DNA from: Nemertoderma westbladi
Lineage: Eukaryota > Animalia > Xenacoelomorpha
Assembly (NCBI GenBank): GCA_032718475.1
Contig: JAUCBJ010009132.1
Span: 62,001 to 126,000, forward strand
Direction: 5' to 3'
DNA: 64,000 nucleotides
Shown: piece after piece, positions 13,762 to 23,000 of the stretch
Layout: every line of letters begins with the position of its first letter
Numbering within the stretch: position 1 is the stretch's first letter
Notes under the pieces: model-generated
The model's database searches: none
Told to the model about the DNA's origin: nothing
What the model saw: the letters and a program-made list of their open reading frames with translations, nothing else
Position numbers and translations under genes: made by a program

Positions 13762-14267
13762 TCAGGGTCAGGGTCAGGGTCAGGGTCAGGGTCAGGGTCA
13801 GGGTCAGGGTCAGGGTCAGGGTCAGGGTCAGGGTCAGGGTCAGGGTCAGGGTCAGGGTCAGGGTCAGGGTCAGGGTCAGGGACATCAGGGTCAGGGTCAG
13901 GGCTCATCAGGGTCAGGGTCAGGGTCAGGGTCAGGGTCAGGGTCAGGGTCAGGGTCAGGGTCAGGGTCAGGGTCAGGGTCAGGGTCAGGGTCAGGGTCAG
14001 GGTCAGGGTCAGGGTCAGGGTCAGGGTCAGGGTCAGGGTCAGGGACATCATCAGGGTCAGGGTCAAGGTCAGGGTCAGGGTCAGGGTCAGGGTCAGGGTC
14101 AGGGTCAGGGTCAGGGTCAGGGTCAGGGTCAGGGTCAGGGTCAGGGTCAGGGTCAGGGTCAGGGTCAGGGTCAGGGTCAGGGTCAGGGTCAGGGTCAGGG
14201 TCAGGGTCAGGGTCAGGGTCAGGGTCAGGGTCAGGGCTCAGGGCCAGGGTCAGGGTCAGGGTCAGGG
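13762..14267 (+). repeat. (TCAGGG)n hexamer array, ~80 copies; encodes Asp-Pro repeats on the minus strand
   Basis: Read directly; a few interruptions (GACA, GACATCA, C insertions) shift the frame; the last DP frame ends DPDSD-TGA at 13752. Confidence 0.97.
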
Positions 14268-17200
14268 ACATCATCAGGATCGTCAGGCCCATTGGGTTGA
14301 GAATCTCGGGGGTTATAAGGATCCCGATAAGGACGACCATTGTTGCCTGAGTTACGGTCCCCATCTGGGTCTCTATCTGGATATTCAGGTCGTCTCCCCG
14401 TCATGCCTGAATTTAATGGCACCTGTAGGTGTGACTTCTCAGAGTGGTAACGGCTAGGGCCACGGCCACCAAACCCATAGTTATTTGAGGATTCCCGTTC
14501 TGATGGATTCACTAAGGGCTGAGTATCTGCCCATTGGTGAGTGCTGTGTGGTTCGGCGTAAAATGACCCCCTTCGTGGTCCACGTGACACTTGGAATGCT
14601 TCAGTGCGTATAGGCTGGTTTCTATGCCGGGATTCAATGGGTGGGTTGAGTATATTGGAATAGTCGATTTTTCTATATGCTCCAGCCACACATGACTGGT
14701 TTCGCAACGGTGTCTGTGCAATAGAAAACCGCGGGGTTGTTGTGCCTGCTTTAGAAACAATCCGCTCCCTTACTTTATCAATTTTTTGGGTCCCAGTAGC
14801 AAAATCAGTACGAGTCTGGGTTTCCATGATTGGGGTACTCGCATTCTGCACCAGATGTTCGACAGCTGTGTTGATACTAGTAAGAACTCCAGTTAGTTGT
14901 TGATGTGTCACTGGACGATCTTCAGGGATCGACGGCATAGCTTTATTTTCAAAACCGCTGGTCTTAAAATTACCCCCACCCTTTTTAAAAATTCTTGTAT
15001 TTTGAGGTTGAGAAAGGCACGGATGGAGAGACTCCATCTCATCCGACCACTCCTCCTCAGAGTCAGTAGCTAATTTATTAAACCTCCTGCTGGAAGTAGG
15101 ACATTTTGTACTGGCCAATGGTTCTATATGACAATGAGTGTATTTATTCGCTATTTGATGTAAATTCACCGTGGGCGGGATATCTACCGTAGGGCGATTA
15201 TCTACAGTAGAAGAAACATTTACAGTAGAAGGAATACGTACTGTAGATGGAATATCTACAGTGGAAGGAATATCTACAGTAGAAGGAATACGTACTGTAG
15301 ATGGCATATCTACAGTAGAAGGAATATCTACAGTAGAAGGAATACGTACTGTAGATGGAATATCTACAATAGATAGGATATCTACAGTAGAAGGAATACG
15401 TACTGTAGATGGAATATCTACAGTAGAAGGAATATCTACAGTAGAAGGAATACGTACTGTAGATGGAATATCTACAGTAGAAGGAATATCTACAGTAGAA
15501 GAATTACGTACTGTAGATGGAATATCTACAGTAGAAGGAATATCTACAGTAGAAGGAATACGTACTGTAGATGGAATATCTACAATAGATAGGATATCTA
15601 CAGTAGAAGGAATACGTACTGTAGATGGAATATCTACAGTAGAAGGAATATCTACAGTAGAAGGAATACGTACTGTAGATGGAATATCTACAATAGATAG
15701 GATATCCACAGTAGAAGGAATACGTACTGTAGATGGAATATCTACAATAGATAGGATATCTACAGTAGAAGGAATACGTACTGTAGATGGAATATCTACA
15801 GTAGAAGGAATATCTACAGTAGAAGGAATACGTACTGTAGATGGAATATCTACAATAGATAGGATATCCACAGTAGAAGGAATACGTACTGTAGATGGAA
15901 TATCTACAATAGATAGGATATCTACAGTAGAAGGAATACGTACTGTAGATGGAATATCTACAGTAGAAGGAATATCTACAGTAGAAGGAATACGTACTGT
16001 AGATGGAATATCTACAATAGATAGGATATCTACAGTAGAAGGAATACGTACTGTAGATGGAATATCTACAGTAGAAGGAATATCTACAGTAGAAGGAATA
16101 CGTACTGTAGATGGAATATCTACAATAGATAGGATATCCACAGTAGAAGGAATACGTACTGTAGATGGAATATCTACAATAGATAGGATATCCACAGTAG
16201 AAGGAATATCTACAGTAGAAGGAATACGTACTGTAGATGGAATATCTACAGTAGAAGGAATATCTACAGTAGAAGGAATACGTACTGTAGATGGAATATC
16301 TACAGTAGAAGGAATATCTACAGTAGAAGGAATATCTACAGTAGAAGGAATACGTACTGTAGATGGCATATCTACAGTAGAAGGAATATCTACAGTAGAA
16401 GGAATACGTACTGTAGATGGAATATCTACAGTAGAAGGAATATCTACAGTAGAAGGAATACGTACTGTAGATGGAATATCTGCAGTGGAAGGAATATCTA
16501 CAGTAGAAGAATTACGTACTGTAGATGGAATATCTACAGTAGAAAGAATATCTACAGTAGAAGGAATATCTACAGTAGAAGGAATATCTACAGTAGAAGG
16601 AATATCTACAGTAGAAGGAATATCTACAGTAGAAGGAATACGTACTGTAGATGGAATATCTACAATAGATAGGATATCCACAGTAGAAGGAATACGTACT
16701 GTAGATGGAATATCTACAGTAGAAGGAATATCTACAGTAGAAGGAATACGTACTGTAGATGGCATATCTACAGTAGAAGGAATATCTACAGTAGAAGGAA
16801 TACGTACTGTAGATGGAATATCTACAGTAGAAGGAATATCTACAGTAGAAGGAATACGTACTGTAGATGGAATATCTGCAGTGGAAGGAATATCTACAGT
16901 AGAAGAATTACGTACTGTAGATGGAATATCTACAGTAGAAAGAATATCTACAGTAGAAGGAATATCTACAGTAGAAGGAATATCTACAGTAGAAGGAATA
17001 TCTACAGTAGAAGGAATATCTACAGTAGAAGGAATACGTACTGTAGATGGAATATCATAGTCTAATAAAGTGTTAGAACTCTGTCTAGAGTTATTCAGAA
17101 TACGGCTGTCAGGATACAGAATTTCACAATTTGTGGATAATTCCACCAATGACATTGGTGGTGCCTCCAGGTCTACAAATGCATCTGTTTCCAAGGCGTT

Positions 17201-17734
17201 ATGCACACTGGTTTCCAGACGCTGCCTGTAGTCATCGTGCTGACTCCGGTAACGTGCATGTTGCAAATCAATTTCTTCTTTGCGTCTGTTTGCTCGTTCC
17301 GATATTTCAGCTTTCTTCAAAAGCTCCCTCTCGACTCGTTCCACCTCTTCCTTCCTTTGCCGAGCCCGCCGCTCAATTTCTCTTATCTTCTGCTTAGCTT
17401 GCCATAATCTTTGCTGCTCGTCTTCCTCTGCATCATGCAAAGCTTGGCGTTCAGCTTCCTTGGCATGCTCGATACGATCAGCCGCCTGGGAAACCAGAAG
17501 CTCATTCTCCAGTTGTCTGTTTTCTCTCTCTGCAGAATGTAACAGGCGCAAAGCCTCCTCAGCTTGTCGATTTGCCAATATCGATATATTTCCCTCTGCT
17601 AGCCTTCTAAGTCTAGCTGATTTTGTAGAACTAGTCCTAGAAATATTAGATGTTACAGCTGACAGTCTACCGATACTACCGCCCCCCTCTGGTTCAATTT
17701 CAGTTCGGTGTAGTCTAAACCTCTGGGTAATTAA
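14231..17734 (-). CDS. Gag-like ORF2 of the LTR element: coiled coil, ~100 x PSTVDI-type repeats, low-complexity tail entering the DP repeat
   Basis: 1115-aa ORF in the track; the frame stays open upstream to 17734 (…EPEGGGSIGRLSAVTSNISRTSSTKSARLRRLAE…). A Ser-rich stretch followed by an E/R/A coiled coil resembles BEL/Pao Gag N-termini; no capsid or zinc knuckle visible. Confidence 0.6.
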   Translation of the reverse strand, partial: LITQRFRLHRTEIEPEGGGSIGRLSAVTSNISRTSSTKSARLRRLAEGNISILANRQAEEALRLLHSAERENRQLENELLVSQAADRIEHAKEAERQALHDAEEDEQQRLWQAKQKIREIERRARQRKEEVERVERELLKKAEISERANRRKEEIDLQHARYRSQHDDYRQRLETSVHNALETDAFVDLEAPPMSLVELSTNCEILYPDSRILNNSRQSSNTLLDYDIPSTVRIPSTVDIPSTVDIPSTVDIPSTVDIPSTVDILSTVDIPSTVRNSSTVDIPSTADIPSTVRIPSTVDIPSTVDIPSTVRIPSTVDIPSTVDMPSTVRIPSTVDIPSTVDIPSTVRIPSTVDILSIVDIPSTVRIPSTVDIPSTVDIPSTVDIPSTVDIPSTVDILSTVDIPSTVRNSSTVDIPSTADIPSTVRIPSTVDIPSTVDIPSTVRIPSTVDIPSTVDMPSTVRIPSTVDIPSTVDIPSTVDIPSTVRIPSTVDIPSTVDIPSTVRIPSTVDIPSTVDILSIVDIPSTVRIPSTVDILSIVDIPSTVRIPSTVDIPSTVDIPSTVRIPSTVDILSIVDIPSTVRIPSTVDIPSTVDIPSTVRIPSTVDILSIVDIPSTVRIPSTVDILSIVDIPSTVRIPSTVDIPSTVDIPSTVRIPSTVDILSIVDIPSTVRIPSTVDILSIVDIPSTVRIPSTVDIPSTVDIPSTVRIPSTVDILSIVDIPSTVRIPSTVDIPSTVDIPSTVRNSSTVDIPSTVDIPSTVRIPSTVDIPSTVDIPSTVRIPSTVDILSIVDIPSTVRIPSTVDIPSTVDMPSTVRIPSTVDIPSTVDIPSTVRIPSTVNVSSTVDNRPTVDIPPTVNLHQIANKYTHCHIEPLASTKCPTSSRRFNKLATDSEEEWSDEMESLHPCLSQPQNTRIFKKGGGNFKTSGFENKAMPSIPEDRPVTHQQLTGVLTSINTAVEHLVQNASTPIMETQTRTDFATGTQKIDKVRERIVSKAGTTTPRFSIAQTPLRNQSCVAGAYRKIDYSNILNPPIESRHRNQPIRTEAFQVSRGPRRGSFYAEPHSTHQWADTQPLVNPSERESSNNYGFGGRGPSRYHSEKSHLQVPLNSGMTGRRPEYPDRDPDGDRNSGNNGRPYRDPYNPRDSQPNGPDDPDDVPDPDPDPGPEP
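15200..17057. repeat. 18-bp coding minisatellite (~100 units)
   Basis: Units TCTACAGTAGAAGGAATA / CGTACTGTAGATGGAATA / TCTACAATAGATAGGATA, all 18 bp; one frame is open on each strand. Confidence 0.97.
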
Positions 17735-18539
17735 TTAAATTTGGAGACAGTAAGTCTGAGGTCGTGTCGTGCTGTCGTGTTACTGGATTTATATGAGTAG
17801 GACGAGGAATGGAAGAGAAAGGCATTGGAAATTTATCCCATGTTAATGATTGTGCCGGACTATGGTGTGCCGGACTATGGATTACCATAGCTGTTCCTGT
17901 ACTCACCTCCGACACCTCAACTACAGGATCTACATGGTGTGAACTTGCCCAGTTTACTAACTCTTGATACCTACCACGACAACTTACGTGTTTCGAATAA
18001 GCTTGTTGGAATTCGTTAGCATTTCCTCCTTCAGTCTCATAATAAAGCGACTGCTTCCGATATTGTTTTAGAACCTGGTCCCATCTGGTATTCATTCTAT
18101 CCGGCTTTCTAAGAAATTCTTCACCGCACTCACCTGGATTAGTTGTTCTACTTCGCTGTTCAAATTCCAATATATCGACATTCATGTTGTGATAAAGTTG
18201 TCCCAGACTACGGTTGATAGCCGCAATGTCGACGGTGTTCGTAGCTGATCTAGGATGGTTTGAGAGTCGAGACGGACGAGTTCTTTCAGTATTGAGACCG
18301 TCCCATGGCCCGGCAGCAGCGGTTTGGCGTAGCGATTCCCGGTTAGAACTCGGCTCACGAATAAGAGTTTCATTGAGAGACATTATGCTCCCTCCGATCG
18401 ATATATTGTCATCGCTTGGTATGTTGGGCACATTTCTTGACTCCTCCATTTCCCTTTGTGGGCTTAAAGGATGATTCATGATAGGCTGACCATCCGTAGA
18501 AGGGATGGGATCTAGTCTAGGGGGTGTATGATTTGACAT
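17715..18539 (-). CDS. ORF1 of the LTR element (274 aa), probably the N-terminal part of the same Gag-like protein, split by a frameshift
   Basis: ATG start ~1 kb downstream of the 5' LTR; overlaps the open ORF2 frame at 17715-17734. Confidence 0.55.
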   Translation of the reverse strand: MSNHTPPRLDPIPSTDGQPIMNHPLSPQREMEESRNVPNIPSDDNISIGGSIMSLNETLIREPSSNRESLRQTAAAGPWDGLNTERTRPSRLSNHPRSATNTVDIAAINRSLGQLYHNMNVDILEFEQRSRTTNPGECGEEFLRKPDRMNTRWDQVLKQYRKQSLYYETEGGNANEFQQAYSKHVSCRGRYQELVNWASSHHVDPVVEVSEVSTGTAMVIHSPAHHSPAQSLTWDKFPMPFSSIPRPTHINPVTRQHDTTSDLLSPNLINYPEV

Positions 18540-19469
18540 TATTGAAATTATATTTCTTTACTTAGTTTGACTTAGTTATTTAAAATTGGTCCACTTTAAT
18601 GTTTCTCGAATTTAAATTTAAAATTAAATTTAAATTATATTCCGTGGTATCTAAAATGTATAAAATTAACACTGCAATTGGCAACCTGTAGAACAAATGA
18701 ATACCTACAGTAAAAAAAGGAAAAATAACATGTAGTATTAAAATATAATTAACTTATAAATCGAGATGACACCAAGGTAGTAGTCATCAAACCAAACCAG
18801 TCTAGATTTGGCTCTATGGGGCGCTATACGCGGATATTTAAAACTATGGATCACTATTTATACGTTACTTATTAGCTTCAGTGGTGCCTTCACTAATATG
18901 TTAAGTGATATAAATCAAATTATAACCTAAAAAATAGAAATAAATTATAATACGAGGTTCAAACCTGACCCCGGTCCCAAAATACACCTGGTTTGTAATG
19001 GAGACACTTTACAAATCAGGGGTGAACGTAGAAGTACCTTCTCACCCTCCGGCGTCGCGTGGCGATAAATCTTCTTGCAAACTCAAACCTGGCCCAAGAG
19101 AGAGTCCATGCCCTACCAAGTCATCGGTCCCCGAGACCGATTCATGTTGAAATAGAGCCCACCGACAAAGAAGGAAAAGGTAAGACTAAACGTTGAGAGT
19201 CAGGAAAGCATAGAAAAATATAACCTACAGTTGTAATAATTGCACCACAATTAAAACAGAAACTTATACTTATCGTTAGTTTTCCTTCGCCTCCGATAGA
19301 AGATGAGAGTTTGAAAACTTGAGAGTTTGAGAACTTGAGAAACTTGAGAACCTTATGAACTTCAGAGAATTTGGAGACTTTTGAGAGCGTGCGACATTTG
19401 AGAATGTTGTTAACTTCAGAGAACTTTGAAAACTTAGAGAACTTCAGATTGTGAGAAACTTGAGAACTG

Positions 19470-19532
19470 TTAAATTCACTGTTCCAGTAGCCCATTAAAT
19501 TCACTGTTCCAGTAGACCATTAAATTCACTGT
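19470..19532 (-). promoter_or_regulatory. PBS region: 25-bp unit x2.5, first 13 nt complementary to the LTR's own sequence
   Basis: Minus strand: ACA-GTGAATTTAATGGTCTACTGGA-ACA-GTGAATTTAATGGGCTACTGGA-ACA-GTGAATTTAA; + strand 19517-19529 is the reverse complement of 19667-19679. Confidence 0.6.
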
Positions 19533-20004
19533 ATGCTATACCGGGCATAATCCGGGGTCTTTTCCCCTAATTTGGAATCTTATCCAACGGAGCGTTGCAA
19601 ATAACTTGAGTTTATAAAAGGACAGTATAATAATAATATATAATAATATATAACTTGCAACAGCTCGTGAATTTAATGGCTCCTTAGGGGAGACCATTAG
19701 TTTTAGTAACAAAGTAATAAAACTGCACAACTTCTATCTATGAATAAAACCAATGAATGTTTAATATATATGAAGTATTATGCTACCAATATTAGCCCAG
19801 TAAGAATACTTAATCCCCAATATCCAATAGGAGGTCGTTTCCTTGTCCCCAGCTTACATTAATGGTTGATGCACCAGTACTGCCTGGTAGAAGGGGATAA
19901 TTGGTGTTTCAAAACAGCTGATGAGTAGGTAACAATACAGATTGGGTTTGGCATTTTCCTATAGGGGTTAGATGAATTGAATGTATTTCATGGAACCGAA
20001 TACA
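19530..20004 (-). repeat. 5' LTR
   Basis: Direct repeat of 12498-12972, followed by TSD CCTGG. Confidence 0.97.
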
Positions 20005-23000
20005 CCTGGTGGCCCCTTCCAGGCAATTCAAGCAGGTAAGAATAGGTGGAACCTGGTGGCCGCTTCCAGGCGATTCAAGCAGGTGAGAATAGGTGAAACC
20101 TGGTGGCCGCTTCCAGGTGAGAAAAGGTGAACCGGGTGGCCGCTTCCAGGCGATTCAAGCAGCTTAGAAAAGGTGGAACCTGGTGGCCGCTTCCAGGCGA
20201 TTCAAGCAGGTAAGAATAGGTGGAACCTGGTGGCCGCTTCCAGGCGATTCAAGCAGGTGAGAATAGGTGAAACCTGGTGGCCGCTTCCAGGTGAGAAAAG
20301 GTGGTACCTGGAGGCCGCTTCCAGGCGATTCCAGCAGGTGAAAATAGGTGGAACCTGGTGGCCGCTTCCAGGCGATTCAAGCAGGTGAGAATAGGTGGAA
20401 CCTGGTGGCCGCTACCAGGCGATTCAAGCAGGTGAGAAAAGGTGGAACCTGGTGGCCGCTTCCAGGCGATTCAAGCAGGTGAGAATAGGTGGAACCTGGT
20501 GGCCGCTTCCAGGCGATTTAAGCAGGTGAGAAAAGGTGGAACCTGGTGGCCGCTTCCAGGCGATTCAAGCAGGTGAGAAAAAGTGGAACCTGGTTGCCGC
20601 TTCCAGGCGATTCAAGCAGGTGAGAATAGGTGGAACCTGGTGGCCGCTTCCAGGCTTTTCAAGCAGGTGAGAATAGGTGGAACATGGTGGCCGCTTCCAG
20701 GCGATTCAAGCAGGTGAGAAAAGGTGGAACCTGGTGGCCGCTTCCAGGCGATTCAAGCAGGTGAGAATAGGTGGAATCTGGTGGCCGCTTCCAGGCGATT
20801 CAAGCAGGTGAGAATAGGGGGAACCTGGAGGCCGCTTCCAGGCGATACAAGCAGGTGAGAAAAGGTGGAACCTGGTGGGCGCTTACAGGTGATTCAAGCA
20901 GGTGAGAAAAGGTGGAACCTGGTGGCAGCTTCCAGGCGATTCAAGCAGGTGAGAAAAAGTGGACCCTGGTGACCGCTTCCAGGCGATTCAAGCAGGTGAG
21001 AATAGGTGGAACCTGGAGCCCGCTTCCAGGCGATACAAGCAGGTGAGAAAAGGTGGAACGTTGTGGCCGCTTCGAGGCGATTCAAGCAGGTGAGAAAAGG
21101 TGGAACCTGGTGGCCGCTTCCAGGCGATTCATGCAGGGGAGAATAGATGGAACCTGGTGGCCGCTTCCAGGCGATTCAAGCAGGTGATAAAAGGTGGAAC
21201 CTAGTTGCCGCTTCCAGGCGATACAAGCAGGTGAGAAAAGGTGGAACCTGGTGGGCGCTTACAGGTGATTCAAGCAGGTGAGAAAAGGTGGAACCTGGTG
21301 GCAGCTTCCAGGCGATTCAAGCAGGTGAGAAAAAGTGGACCCTGGTGACCGCTTCCAGGCGATTCAAGCAGGTGAGAATAGGTGGAACCTGGAGCCCGCT
21401 TCCAGGCGATACAAGCAGGTGAGAAAAGGTGGAACGTTGTGGCCGCTTCGAGGCGATTCAAGCAGGTGAGAAAAGGTGGAACCTGGTGGCCGCTTCCAGG
21501 CGATTCATGCAGGGGAGAATAGATGGAACCTGGTGGCCGCTTCCAGGCGATTCAAGCCGGTGAGAAAAGGTGGAACCTGGTGGCCGCTTCCAGGCGATTC
21601 ATGCAGGGGAGAATAGATGGAACCTGGTGGCCGCTTCCAGGCGATTCAAGCAGGTGATAAAAGGTGGAACCTAGTTGCCGCTTCCAGGCGATTCAAGCAG
21701 GTGAGAAAAGGTGGAACCTGGTGGCCGCTTCCAGGCGATTCAAGCAGGTGAGAATAGGTGGAATCTGGTGGCCGCATCCAGGCGATTCAAGCAGGTGAGA
21801 ATAGGGGGAACCTGGAGGCCGCTTCCAGGCGATACAAGCAGGTGAGAAAAGGTGGAACCTGGTGGGCGCTTACAGGTGATTCAAGCAGGTGAGAAAAGGT
21901 GGAACCTGGTGGCAGCTTCCAGGCGATTCAAGCAGGTGAGAAAAAGTGGACCCTGGTGACCGCTTCCAGGCGATTCAAGCAGGTGAGAATAGGTGGAACC
22001 TGGAGCCCGCTTCCAGGCGATACAAGCAGGTGAGAAAAGGTGGAACGTTGTGGCCGCTTCCAGGCGATTCAAGCAGGTGAGAAAAGGTGGAACCTGGTGG
22101 CCGCTTCCAGGCGATTCATGCAGGGGAGAATAGATGGAACCTGGTGGCCGCTTCCAGGCGATTCAAGCAGGTGATAAAAGGTGGAACCTAGTTGCCGCTT
22201 CCAGGCGATTCAAGCAGGTGAGAAAAGATGGAATCTGGTGGCCGCTTCTAGGCTTATTCAAGCAGGTGAGAAAAGGTGGAACCTGGTGGCCGCTTCTAGT
22301 CGATTCAAGCCGGTGAGAAAAGGTGGAACCTGGTGGCCGCTTCCAGGCGATTCAAGCAGGTGAGAAAAGGAGGAACCTGGTTGCCGCTTCCAGGCGATTC
22401 AAGCAGGTGAGAAAAGGTGGAATCTGGTGGCCGCTTCTAGGCTTATTCAAGCAGGTGAGAAAAGGTGGAACCTGGTGGCCGCTTCTAGGCGATTCAAGCA
22501 GGTGAGAAAAGGTGGAACGTTGTGGCCGCTTCCAGGCGATTCAAGCAGGTGAGAAAAGGTGGAACCTGGTGGCCGCTTCTAGGCGATTCAAGCAGGTGAG
22601 AATAGGTGGAACCTGGTGGCCGCTTCCAGGCGATTCAAGTAGATGAGAAAAGGTGGAACCTGGTGGCCGCTTCTAGGCTTATTCAAGCAGGTGAGAAAAG
22701 GTGGAACCTGGTGGCCGCTTCTAGTCTATTCAAGCAGGTGAGAAAAGGTGGAACCTGGTGGCCGCTTCCAGGCGATTCATGCAGATGAGAAAAGGTGGAA
22801 CCTGGAGCCCGCTTCCAGGCGATTCATGCAGATGAGAAAAGGTGGAACCTGGTGGCCGCTTCCAGGCGATTCAAGCAGGTGAGAAAAGGTGGAACCTGGT
22901 GGCCGCTTCTAGTCGATTCAAGCAGGTGAGAATAGGTGGAACCTGGTGGCCGCTTCCAGGCGATTCAAGTAGATGAGAAAAGGTGGAACCTGGTGGCCGC

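Larger units (their letters stand above)
12498..20004 (-). mobile_element. Non-autonomous LTR retrotransposon (7507 bp) inserted in the satellite; superfamily uncertain (BEL/Pao-like Gag N-terminus)
   Basis: Two 475-bp direct repeats with TGTAT...ATACA ends; 5-bp TSD CCTGG at 12493-12497 and 20005-20009; internal minus-strand ORFs; no protease, RT, RNase H or integrase motifs seen. Confidence 0.95.

Noticed and set aside
13762-14267. True telomere or chromosome-fusion site
   Set aside because: It lies between paired LTRs and grades into Asp-Pro coding sequence; there is no head-to-head inversion.
13740-17060. Plus-strand ORFs (VR/GQ repeats; 629-aa ISTVEG repeat)
   Set aside because: Shadow frames confined to the repeats, with no ATG start or non-repetitive domain.
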